Source: an uncultured Phycisphaerales bacterium
GTDB lineage: Bacteria > Planctomycetota > Phycisphaerae > Sedimentisphaerales > Anaerobacaceae
DNA: 64,000 bases
NCBI GenBank assembly: GCA_963718665.1
Contig: OY970359.1
Location: forward strand, 1,024,001-1,088,000
Reading direction: 5' to 3'
Made by a program: the position numbers and the translations under genes. Position 1 is the stretch's first letter. Each line of letters opens with the position of its first letter. The notes under the pieces are model-generated. The model was not told the origin of the DNA, searched no databases, and worked only from the letters and a program-made list of their open reading frames with translations. This document shows, in pieces, positions 30,269 through 39,294 of this stretch.

Positions 30269-30961
30269 TTATTCGGCCATCAGGTCCGCAGTAACTATAC
30301 CGGTCTGGCTGTCGTGCATAAGGTCATCGGTGAAAGTGCCTACAGTTCGCAAATGTGACGTGCCCGCGAATTTCCGTGTTTCGATAAGCCGGGCGCCTTT
30401 GGCCGCTATCTTGCGAAGGGCGTGCTTTGCCTTTTGTTTGTCCTGTGCCCCTACCGCATCGACAATAACCGTTACTCGTTTGCTTCTCTGCAAAAGCCCA
30501 AGCGCGGTCGCCTCAACCGCTCCTTCCGCGCAGGCGCCTATCAGCACAAATTCATTTGCCCGGATTTCGCTAAGCAGCCGGTCTATCCTCGGCTCATCAA
30601 ACGGGTCTAAGCATCTTTTATGAAGAACAATCTGTCGATATTCCCGCAGCAAATCCACCGGCAAATCCGTATTATTGTCCGCCGCGAAACTCGCCCTGTT
30701 GTTCAAAAGCGTATAGTTGATTTTATGCATTCCTTCCGTGCCATCCACACAGAATCCGCCGTTGTTTTCGGGATGAACTTCGCAAATCGATACTACAGGT
30801 ATTTTCTTTGCGCGGGCATACGCCATTACCCGTCTGATGTGGCTTAATACTCTCCTGCGATTGCCCACCCTTGCAATGCCGTTATCGAGGAAAAAATCCT
30901 TCTGAGTGTTGATGTCTATCAGGACCTGCTTACGACGAGTTTTTATCAATTGCCTTATCAT
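30269..30961 (-). CDS. Isochorismatase / cysteine hydrolase family protein
   Basis: IDINTQKDF, CVDGTEG, LHK, GACAEGAVEATA, VIVDAVG. Confidence 0.82.
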   Translation of the reverse strand: MIRQLIKTRRKQVLIDINTQKDFFLDNGIARVGNRRRVLSHIRRVMAYARAKKIPVVSICEVHPENNGGFCVDGTEGMHKINYTLLNNRASFAADNNTDLPVDLLREYRQIVLHKRCLDPFDEPRIDRLLSEIRANEFVLIGACAEGAVEATALGLLQRSKRVTVIVDAVGAQDKQKAKHALRKIAAKGARLIETRKFAGTSHLRTVGTFTDDLMHDSQTGIVTADLMAE

Positions 30962-31259
30962 TTTCGCGACCCTCTCGTTGTCGCTTCTATCCGGCTTATC
31001 CCTGCGCCTTTGGCCCTTATTAATCCATACGTCCCAACGCCGTCCGTGTTGCAAAAAAAATCTCCAAAAATTTCTTCCTCTCTCACAACCCAGCCATCCT
31101 GAATATCGTTTACCTTCGACACCGACTTTAAACCCTTATTTCGTCGTTTTTAACCCTGCCAGGCACTAAAGTTTGGCAAAACCGCGTCCGTCTCTTATAA
31201 TAGTCTGCCAATTGCCCAAAATGTTACAAAAGTTGGCCTTATACTGGTTGGTTTTCAAA

Positions 31260-31883
31260 ATGTCAAGAAAATTAAATAATTATCCGCAATTCGTCCTGGA
31301 GCACCCAAATCCGCCTGTCAAGCTTAATTTTGGCGATATTTTCGGACGTTTTGCCCCCGTCCACATCGAGATTGGCTCAGGCAAGGGGACATTTTTGGTA
31401 AACCAGGCAAAATCCCAGCCCGACGCCAACTTTATCGGGATTGAATGGACAGGCAAATTTTACCGTTTTGCCGTTGACCGGATTGGCCGGTGGAATCTGG
31501 CCAACGTCCGGATAATTCGCACCGATGCCGTCCCCTATATCGCCGAATGCGTCCCCGATTCCTCCATCGATTGCTTTCACATTTATTACCCCGACCCCTG
31601 GCCCAAAAAACGCCACAACAAAAGGCGTTTCATCAACTCCGCCAACACCGACCAGCTTATCCGCTGCCTCAAACCAGGGGGTGCCATCCGCGTCGCCACC
31701 GACTTCGCAGAATACTTCGAGCAGATAAAATCGGTGTTTGCCTCCAAATCCGACCAGCTTGAACAAATCGATTTTCTCCCCAACGCCGGCGCTCAAATCG
31801 GCGAATGGGTCGGCTCAAACTTCGAACGCAAATACCTAATGGAAAAAAGACCTGTTTACACAATAGCCCTCAGAAAAAAATAA
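31260..31883 (+). CDS. trmB: tRNA (guanine-N7)-methyltransferase
   Basis: EIGSGKG, YPDPWPKKRHNKRR, ATD, SNFERKY. Confidence 0.95.
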   Translation: MSRKLNNYPQFVLEHPNPPVKLNFGDIFGRFAPVHIEIGSGKGTFLVNQAKSQPDANFIGIEWTGKFYRFAVDRIGRWNLANVRIIRTDAVPYIAECVPDSSIDCFHIYYPDPWPKKRHNKRRFINSANTDQLIRCLKPGGAIRVATDFAEYFEQIKSVFASKSDQLEQIDFLPNAGAQIGEWVGSNFERKYLMEKRPVYTIALRKK

Positions 31884-31954
31884 CCTGGCGGGCTTATTAA
31901 ACTTTGTGCGACTTAGCGGGACATTTCGTAATTATTATTCCAGCTCTCTCCTAT

Positions 31955-32018
31955 TGTCATTCCCGCGAAAGCGGGAATCTATTTTTCATCTGGATTCCGG
32001 GTCAAGCCCGGAATGACA
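31955..32018. repeat. Inverted pair of TGTC-type REP-like palindromes
   Basis: TGTCATTCCCGCGAAAGCGGGAATC followed by GATTCCGGGTCAAGCCCGGAATGACA. Confidence 0.85.
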
Positions 32019-32549
32019 CTGGCGACGCTGTTTTATGTAATACCTGATAGCTTTTTTGCCCGAGTCGAACGCTAACCTGTTCACAGGAATCTGCCCCGGC
32101 TCAAAAAACTCAATGCCGGCGATTTCCTTCTTGTTTGGCTTTATCTTCTCCGGATTATCAATCCTGCACGTAAAGAACAAATCCGTAGTCGTATAAGTTA
32201 CGCCTTTATATATGTAAATATTCGGCGCCGATATTAGATATCGCGGGTTTTTGATTGTTATCCCAAGCTCTTCGCGAACTTCCCGTGTAAGCGTTTCTTC
32301 AATCGATTCCCCATAATCCGCAAACCCTCCCGGTAAATCAAACATCCCCGCCTTCGGCTCATTGGCGCGAGTTATCACAAGCACCTTTGAACCGTACTCG
32401 ATGATTGCCCCCGCCGCTGATGCCACGTTGTGATAATACTCAAACCCGCATTTGCCGCACGTTATGTGCTTGCTCTTCGAATGCGCCTTCGGCCCTTTGG
32501 CCCCGCAGCCCGGACAATACCTGAATATCTTCGACAAATCTATCTTCAT
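31986..32549 (-). CDS. NUDIX hydrolase with N-terminal zinc ribbon
   Basis: YCPGCG..CGKCG; Nudix box PGGFADYGESIEETLTREVREELG. Confidence 0.9.
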   Translation of the reverse strand: MKIDLSKIFRYCPGCGAKGPKAHSKSKHITCGKCGFEYYHNVASAAGAIIEYGSKVLVITRANEPKAGMFDLPGGFADYGESIEETLTREVREELGITIKNPRYLISAPNIYIYKGVTYTTTDLFFTCRIDNPEKIKPNKKEIAGIEFFEPGQIPVNRLAFDSGKKAIRYYIKQRRQCHSGLDPESR

Positions 32550-32583
32550 TAATCCGCAATCTAAAATCCGAAATCCGCAATCC

Positions 32584-32910
32584 CTATAGTCCTGACTGCT
32601 GAATCTGCTTCAAAAGATTCGCGTAAAGTCCGACAGACCCCACGCACAGCACAAGCGTAAACACGATAATAATAATCGTCCAGAACACCTTGCTCACCAT
32701 GCTGTAATTAGGATTGAACCATATCAATGGCAAAGCAAACGGCCCGATGCACAGCACCGAGATAATCACCGCCGGCGTCTTGTGATACCACTTTGTGTCC
32801 CCGTATTTTTTCAATCCCTTCAATTCCGCGTCAATCAGAAACTCGCCGCAGTGCTTGCACTTCACCGCTTCATCCTGAATTTCTTCCGCGCAAAACGGGC
32901 ATTTCTTCAT
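32584..32910 (-). CDS. Zinc-ribbon membrane protein
   Basis: KKCPFCAEEIQDEAVKCKHCGE followed by two TM segments. Confidence 0.8.
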   Translation of the reverse strand: MKKCPFCAEEIQDEAVKCKHCGEFLIDAELKGLKKYGDTKWYHKTPAVIISVLCIGPFALPLIWFNPNYSMVSKVFWTIIIIVFTLVLCVGSVGLYANLLKQIQQSGL

Positions 32911-33187
32911 ATGCATATCTCACTATCAGGCGTTAAATAATCGTTGTTATATGTTCTATAATCTCATTTATCGGCGGTTTTTCGGGCTTTCGGTTAATTA
33001 AATCGAACGTCCCAAAGAACACCACCGTTTGGCCCGAATATACCCTTTCGTGGTTAAGTTGCATCCCAAAAACGCCGAAAACAGTAATGTGCCGTCTCAA
33101 CACAACAGAACAGATGACACGTGCCGCAGCCGCCCGGCACAGAAGAGGGACTTGAAACAAAATGATTACCTGGTGAGCAGGGTATTT

Positions 33188-33628
33188 ATGGCCGACATTT
33201 CCAGGAGAAAGTTCATTATAATCACCTTCGCGGCAGGTATGTTTATAGGCCTGCTCTTCGCTTCCCTGTCATTTATCGACTCACAGCGCAAAGACAGCAA
33301 AGACAACCTTATGTATTTCACCTCCACACAGGCAAAGCTAATTTCCGCAAACGTCGAATGCGCATTGTCTTTCAGTGACGCCAAAGACGCAAACGCCGTT
33401 CTCGATACCCTCAAAACCCAGAATTGTATCGCCTTCGCGGGCATCTACGATTGCAACGGCAAACTCTTCTCCTCCTACCATCGCGATGATGTCAAAAACA
33501 AGGAGTTCAAACTGGTGCCCCCTTCAAAGGCAAAATTCACCTCTCGCGACGGCTACATAGTGGTCTCCGAACCCGTCATCCACCAGCAACAGTTCCTCGG
33601 AACCGTCTGCCTCTGGACACAGCCATAA
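33188..33628 (+). CDS. Stand-alone periplasmic CHASE8-like sensor domain protein
   Basis: TM helix then QAKLISAN..ALSFSD..A..L..L..AGIYD..GKLFSSY..GTVCL; no output domain follows. Confidence 0.6.
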   Translation: MADISRRKFIIITFAAGMFIGLLFASLSFIDSQRKDSKDNLMYFTSTQAKLISANVECALSFSDAKDANAVLDTLKTQNCIAFAGIYDCNGKLFSSYHRDDVKNKEFKLVPPSKAKFTSRDGYIVVSEPVIHQQQFLGTVCLWTQP

Positions 33629-33699
33629 ACCATCTAAAAGTCCGTGTCACCTGTCCTGAGCCAAGTCGAAGGAGTCCGTGTCTAACCTGCTATGCTGGT

Positions 33700-34494
33700 T
33701 TATTTCGCCGGCGTCTGGTTAGCATCTCGGCCGGTAACAGAGGCCGAAAACGACCTGTTCGTCAGCCCTTGCCCATCCTGTATTATCTCAAAGCCGGCCT
33801 CCATACTGTCTAAGTACCACGAGCTTTCCAGATAGCCCCGCGATACCGCATCATTGATAAAATCCTTGAGGTCGAAACTTGCCACAACGCTGGGCTTTGC
33901 CCTTTCGTAAGCGATGTATCTCCATCTGCGTTGTTGGGAATCAAAATAGACATTCCACTGGGTGCCGGCTACAGTTATCGTCGCTTTCTTTTCCCCGCCT
34001 GCCGGCATTATTATGCTTCCCTTTTTGTTAAGCCAGACCATCAGCTCCGCGCCGCCTTCAGGAATAGTGCCTCCCTTTGTGCTGAACCACGCCTCAAAAG
34101 CGGTATTCCAGACGCCCTTGGCGTGGTTTACGTCAACGCTCCACGTAACTGGAGCCGTCGCGATATTGCTTATCTGTATCGGCAAGCCGCTGTTTTTGGT
34201 ATTCTCACCCCCGAAGTGACGCCCGCGCACAATGGATGGATACGCGGCCACCATATTCGAATCGTGCGTGGTATGGATAACGCTGAAGAACGTGGAATTC
34301 GTATCTACGCTCAAACACTGCTCAGACGTACCTCTCCAGACATTGTTTGTAATTCGATACTCGCCGCCTATCACGTCGATGATTGTTTTATTGGCGTCGT
34401 TTACGTCTCCGCAAAGCTTCTCCGCCCTCGCGTCGCAAAGTAATATACAAGTGCAAAAAAGCATAAACGCAAAAACCTTACTCAAGCTGCTCAT
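33700..34494 (-). CDS. GH12 family endoglucanase-like protein
   Basis: Signal peptide, NNVW, AYPSI, ELMVWL, YLDSMEAGFE (two catalytic Glu). Confidence 0.88.
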   Translation of the reverse strand: MSSLSKVFAFMLFCTCILLCDARAEKLCGDVNDANKTIIDVIGGEYRITNNVWRGTSEQCLSVDTNSTFFSVIHTTHDSNMVAAYPSIVRGRHFGGENTKNSGLPIQISNIATAPVTWSVDVNHAKGVWNTAFEAWFSTKGGTIPEGGAELMVWLNKKGSIIMPAGGEKKATITVAGTQWNVYFDSQQRRWRYIAYERAKPSVVASFDLKDFINDAVSRGYLESSWYLDSMEAGFEIIQDGQGLTNRSFSASVTGRDANQTPAK

Positions 34495-35342
34495 CGTTCT
34501 AATCTCCAAAAACAACACTGCCTCGTTAATAAATACCGGAGAACTAACTATAAACAATATCTCTACAATTGTCAAGATAGTTAGCCCCCAGGCCCGCCTG
34601 GGGGTCTTTTTTGTCACATAAAAAACAGCGTCGATGGGGACATTTAAAAACGATGCAAACCCATTATTATTAAGCAGTTACAAATCTGTGTCATCTGTGA
34701 AATCTGTGGCTAAACCCCCGTTTTTTCACGCATTTTTGTGGCCATTTTTAACGTGTTTTTCAGATGCGATTTTTGCCGTAACCTCTTTCCTTATAACGGC
34801 TTAAATTCTGGACACAAACAGTCCTATAAAACAAATGTATCAAACAGTTGTATGATACAACTGTTATCCATTTTGCGCAGGTCGAAAACCCTTAGATGCG
34901 AAAATTCTAAAATTTTTTTACTCCTTGCACCATAAGGACTTACCGTTTTTAGGCATATCAGGAAATTCCTCGTTTTCGTCAAAAGGCGCAAGTTTGCGCC
35001 ATAGGATAGAGGAACTATGTTCCTCGGTTAGCCCGCAGGCCCGCCTGCGGGTGGTTTTGAACATTGACATTTTGATCATTGAGATTTGTTTCGGCCAGTT
35101 CCGGCAGAATTGCCGGGGGATAACGAAGTTAGCTCTGCGGGCAAGACGCGGGCCTTGCGCACAAATCGTATTTGGAGCAAAGGCCGCGTTGAGTACGCAC
35201 CTCTGGCCGAAACTTTCCGGCGTAAGCCGTCCCCAAGTGGAGTGGTTCTTCGTGCTCTTCCGCCGGAAGGCGTCCCTTACGGGAGTGGTGAAAAATCTGT
35301 GTTAATCCGTGTAATCTGTGGTTAAGAAAAGGAGGAGATAAA

Positions 35343-35930
35343 ATGTCAACCATCCAAATCAACGTTCCAAACTGCTTCTCTCGGCTGCCCCTCTGGATTG
35401 TTCTCACTTTTTACCGTCTTCGTTATGGCCATTCCGCCTGCTTTATCCACATCCAGAAATTCCGCTTCGCCATCGTTGACCCCGCCGATTACGACCTCCT
35501 TCGCAAATACAACTGGCGGCTGAACCGCTCCAACCGCACATACTATGCCTTCCGCACCGTCTCTCGCGGCCCGCTTCTCAAGCCCCGCGTAATCTGGATG
35601 CACCGTTGGCTTATGAATCCGCCCGACGACCTTCTCGTTGACCACCATAACCACAATGGCCTCGACAACCGCCGTTCCAATCTCCGCCTCGCCACCGATT
35701 CCACTAACCAGCAAAACGCCCGCAAAAGAAACAGCAAAACCACCTCACGTTTCAAAGGCGTTGACTTCGTCAAACCCACCGGCAAATGGCGTGCTCGAAT
35801 CTCCGTCGCTGGCAAACGACTCTTCCTCGGCTCATTTACTGACGAACTCGACGCCGCTATGGCCTATGACAACGCTGCTCGCAAGTTCTTCGGTGAATTC
35901 GCGTGCCTGAACTTCGATGGAAAATTTTAA
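35343..35930 (+). CDS. HNH endonuclease with C-terminal AP2 domain
   Basis: MHR..VDHHNHNGLDNRRSNLR..N; SRFKGV..KWRARI..LGSF..AAMAYD..GEFACLNF; AGGAGG RBS. Confidence 0.92.
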   Translation: MSTIQINVPNCFSRLPLWIVLTFYRLRYGHSACFIHIQKFRFAIVDPADYDLLRKYNWRLNRSNRTYYAFRTVSRGPLLKPRVIWMHRWLMNPPDDLLVDHHNHNGLDNRRSNLRLATDSTNQQNARKRNSKTTSRFKGVDFVKPTGKWRARISVAGKRLFLGSFTDELDAAMAYDNAARKFFGEFACLNFDGKF

Positions 35931-36004
35931 TATACGCTAACAATACCGGTATTTACGGTTTTATTATAAACCGACGCCCTTGATTCTCCGATTATATTTA
36001 ATAT

Positions 36005-36078
36005 TAATGCGTAGCTCAATTGGACAGAGCGTCCGATTGCTAATCGGAAGGTTGCGGGTTCGATTCCCGCCGCACAAG
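36005..36078 (+). tRNA. tRNA-like element / probable pseudo-tRNA, anticodon GCT on an Arg-type class I body
   Basis: D arm GCTC-AATTGGACA-GAGC, anticodon arm TCCGA-TTGCTAA-TCGGA, T arm GCGGG-TTCGATT-CCCGC; acceptor stem has two mismatches; no encoded CCA. Confidence 0.75.
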
Positions 36079-36178
36079 CGACTTTAAAACTAAGAAGGTC
36101 TACTGTGTGGCTGGAATTGAGAGTGTGCTTTGTTTGATATTTTTCTCGGTTTTGTTGTGGATTCAATGCTGCCGAAAT

Positions 36179-36607
36179 TTATGAGTTGGTCCTTTGCTTG
36201 TAGGAATTGATACCATCGATAATAGCTTTTCGTCCATCTGCGTTTCTTGTTGCTCTCCCAAAAGCTTGCATAGCAAACTTTGCTTTCAGGTACATTAAAC
36301 TTGCATGATTTCCTTCAAATCTATCTAATTCCAAGTCGTAATCGGCGGCATTTCGCTCAATTCGAAGATCGCGTAAATCACTCGCAACATCCTCGACAGC
36401 TTCGATGCCACAATTGTGCAAGTATTTATGAACCGTATCATGGTCTTTGGCCTCACCCGAAAAATTGCGAGGGAAATGGGGTTTTACGAACTGTGCAGTT
36501 ATGTTTAGAAGTGCATAATAACTCCGGCTGACGGACGTTCGCCATGATGCTTCGTTTTTACCATCCTTTAAATTTGCCGCCAAGTCCAAAAATGCCTGGG
36601 GTTCCAT
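36179..36607 (-). CDS. HEPN domain protein
   Basis: FLDLA..RTSVSRSYYA..H..LRDLRIERNAADY. Confidence 0.8.
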   Translation of the reverse strand: MEPQAFLDLAANLKDGKNEASWRTSVSRSYYALLNITAQFVKPHFPRNFSGEAKDHDTVHKYLHNCGIEAVEDVASDLRDLRIERNAADYDLELDRFEGNHASLMYLKAKFAMQAFGRATRNADGRKAIIDGINSYKQRTNS

Positions 36608-36614
36608 CCTGATT

Positions 36615-37271
36615 TTATTTCCAATAGTAAGTTACCGTAATGTTCTCACGAGTGTGTTGTCTTATTTTACTTCTAATATGCTTCTTGAACTTACTTTCCT
36701 CTTCCAATATTTGCTCTGGATTGCCCGACACGGTTAGAATAAACCGTATGGTTTCCCTGTCTGAGATTTCAGGGTCTTTTTCTAATAGCAGTTCTATCTT
36801 CTTAAGAGATGTATAAGTTGTTTTTGCGAGTTCGATGGCCGATTTCAACTCATCCCACCATCCATTAAGTTTACTTATTTTGATAACATCAGGAGAAACT
36901 CTAACAATAATTCTTTCTTGTATTTTGGGTATAGTTGTCCACACCACCCCAGAAACTTCGCGTATAAATATCCTATAATTATAGTTTCTGTTATATGGTG
37001 CGCAGGGTATTTGACCCAAATTAAGGTATTCTTCTTCCGAATATATTATAGGTTGCGGTGCAAAGTACAATTCATATTCAAAAGAATCGACATCCTTGAT
37101 TTGAGGGAGCCATGAAGCACACCATTCCCTTAGAACTCGCTGTTGCGAAATCCTTTTGGGGGTACTCTCTAAATCTCCCAGTGTATCTCCGCTTGTTATA
37201 TCGGAGATATCTAAAGACGGCTCAAATCTAAACGCATTTGGCCAGGTAGTATTTATTATTTCTGCTGCCAT
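36615..37271 (-). CDS. Hypothetical protein (middle gene of the TIGR04255-HEPN trio)
   Basis: 218-aa ORF overlapping the upstream gene and ending 7 nt before the HEPN start. Confidence 0.65.
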   Translation of the reverse strand: MAAEIINTTWPNAFRFEPSLDISDITSGDTLGDLESTPKRISQQRVLREWCASWLPQIKDVDSFEYELYFAPQPIIYSEEEYLNLGQIPCAPYNRNYNYRIFIREVSGVVWTTIPKIQERIIVRVSPDVIKISKLNGWWDELKSAIELAKTTYTSLKKIELLLEKDPEISDRETIRFILTVSGNPEQILEEESKFKKHIRSKIRQHTRENITVTYYWK

Positions 37272-38062
37272 AATTCTTTCTGAATACTATCAGTAGTTAA
37301 ATCCGCAAACCCTCTAACGATCCATTCATGGGCTAAATCAAACCATTCATCCATCGGTCCCTTTGAAAAACCTCTGACTGTTAATTCAAACACCATTACT
37401 TTTTTTGCTTCTTTGGTCAAAGCTGTTTTCAATGAGACATAAAATCTTCCCATTTCATTGTCTAATCTATAGATTCTACGCCAATCGACAGATTCCGGTT
37501 CCGGCAGAAATCGTCCGTCTATTTTGCATTGGAAATCCTTAAAAATATTTCCAATATCTGCTAAACATGTCCATTCTTGGCCCTGCGATAATTGGTTCAC
37601 ATACGTTAGTTCATATTGATCTGGTGACGGAATTCCCAAACTCGATTCGCCTATAAATGATTTGAATAGCTCCCAAGATTTCTTAAATTCGGGATATAAG
37701 TTTTGGTATCGAGGATAAGTATCCTTTTCTTTTAATTTTCTCCAATTCCGGTGGAATCTATCGTCCTGTACTTGAATGAGTTGGTCTTCTTTTGAATTTA
37801 TGAAAAATAGCCGCGGAAGGGGTGGCCGTTCAAAGGCTTCTATTTGGGGAGAAATTCCTTTTGTGCCTTCTGGCGCCTCTATAATATGAGGTATTGGATG
37901 CATTATTTTATATTGGGAGAAATTTTTCCTTCCTAACTTTTCCCACAGGAAACCAATATGGGGTGTCTCAAACTTGTCAATTTTCTGAAATTGAATCCCA
38001 AAAACCACTTCGTTTACAGGGGGATTATTGTATTCTGGTAGCGCAGAAACTTTATCTGCCAT
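37256..38062 (-). CDS. TIGR04255-like protein
   Basis: LPEYNNPPVNEVVFGIQF, PRLFF, LIQVQDDRFHRNWR, YPRY, ELTYVN, WFDLAHEWIVRGFADLT. Confidence 0.8.
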   Translation of the reverse strand: MADKVSALPEYNNPPVNEVVFGIQFQKIDKFETPHIGFLWEKLGRKNFSQYKIMHPIPHIIEAPEGTKGISPQIEAFERPPLPRLFFINSKEDQLIQVQDDRFHRNWRKLKEKDTYPRYQNLYPEFKKSWELFKSFIGESSLGIPSPDQYELTYVNQLSQGQEWTCLADIGNIFKDFQCKIDGRFLPEPESVDWRRIYRLDNEMGRFYVSLKTALTKEAKKVMVFELTVRGFSKGPMDEWFDLAHEWIVRGFADLTTDSIQKELWQQK

Positions 38063-38251
38063 TAGATACCTTCCTTCTCTTGGGATTACCAATCTTATTC
38101 GAACCCATGATATTTGCAACCTTCATAATACTACTATCGTTGTATTATGTCAATACTTAACGAATTTACAAGATGTATTTTTTATGGGACCTTTGGTAGT
38201 TATTCAGTTATCCCGATAGCACCATTATCCCGGTTCTCTGTTATTTCAACT

Positions 38252-39294
38252 TGCTTTGTAGAAACCTTTAATTAAAAGTTCTTTATGAAAAGTAAATAGA
38301 GAAGCATCAGGTTGTAGGTCAGAACTCTCATGACGCACTCGGTACTGCGAGATTCATTCGTTCGGCTACGAAGGGCGTAGCCAAGACGACGTTTCATGCG
38401 AGACATAACACTCTCAACTTGCCATCGCTGACCAAACTTACGTTTCGGGAAGTTATTCTTCATTTGATTTCGGTAATGGCCTGTAAGCTCGCCTTTTTTA
38501 CCTCGTCGGTTGTTGATAGCGATAATCGTCGAGCGGATGCCGAGATACTGACGACAGAATTTATGGTTGGCTTCTGCGTCATATCCTGCATCACCCAAAA
38601 GCCGGTCTATAGGCAGATTAGTTACCGCCTGGGAAACTGCCGGCATAAGGTAGGAACAATCATTGCTGGGACCAGTGCTGACCAAGCCGGCAGCAATCAG
38701 ATGGCTGGCATTGTGGCAGACAACCGTAAGTTTTGTCCATCGGCGATATTGCTGGGTATGTTTGCCTTGACGCATTAGAAAATGTCGGCTGACAAACCGG
38801 CTTTCCAGCCCCGTCGAATCAATGGATGCCTCGGGGCGTTCCTCGATTAAGCCATCGCGGCTGGCAATACTGAAAATGGCGGCTAACAGCTTGTCCCAAG
38901 CCCTTTTTTTAGCAGACGTTGCTGTGCTTTTTGAAGGGTAGTGTAGTGAGGAATTTTTGACAACCCAATCGCAGCTCTCAAGTCCGTGAAGTCCGCCAGC
39001 AACTGTACAATCCCACGATAGTCGGTTTGAAAAAACTGTCGCAGAGTCAAAATGGCGAACAACTGTGCCTGTGTAAAATCGTGGCGTGAGCGATTGGCTG
39101 AATATGGCGAGAGTGCCGTTGTGGCTGTCTGAAGTGCCTGCTTTGCCAGCATAACAGGTGATTTGGTCATAACTCCGTGTTTGGCCATCGTGGAATCCTT
39201 TCCAACGCGGTTTATGGCTGAAACCTAAGTTATTGTTATTATTAACACTTATCGCCATGACTAAACCTTATGCTTCAATCTTTTCTACAGAGCA
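38252..39294 (-). mobile_element. IS5-family-like insertion sequence, 1043 bp
   Basis: 13-bp TIRs with one mismatch (TGCTTTGTAGAAA / TTTCTACAGAGCA); 9-bp target duplication ATTTCAACT at 38243-38251 and 39295-39303. Confidence 0.9.
38272..39188 (-). CDS. DDE transposase split into orfA/orfB, joined by a -1 frameshift
   Basis: orfA (SRHDFTQAQLFAIL..DYRG..PHYTTL) ends LLKKG at an A7 run (38904-38910); orfB carries IDSTG, DAGYD, RWQVES. Confidence 0.85.

Noticed and set aside
34950..35930. IscB/HEARO (OMEGA) system
   Set aside because: The protein is HNH-AP2 with no PLMP or RuvC motifs.
36005..36078. Functional tRNA-Ser(GCT)
   Set aside because: No long variable arm, broken acceptor stem and no CCA.
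38911..39258. N-terminal part of the 328-aa ORF as the transposase start
   Set aside because: Transposase-like N-terminal motifs are in the other frame (38883-39188); this stretch is just an open alternative frame.
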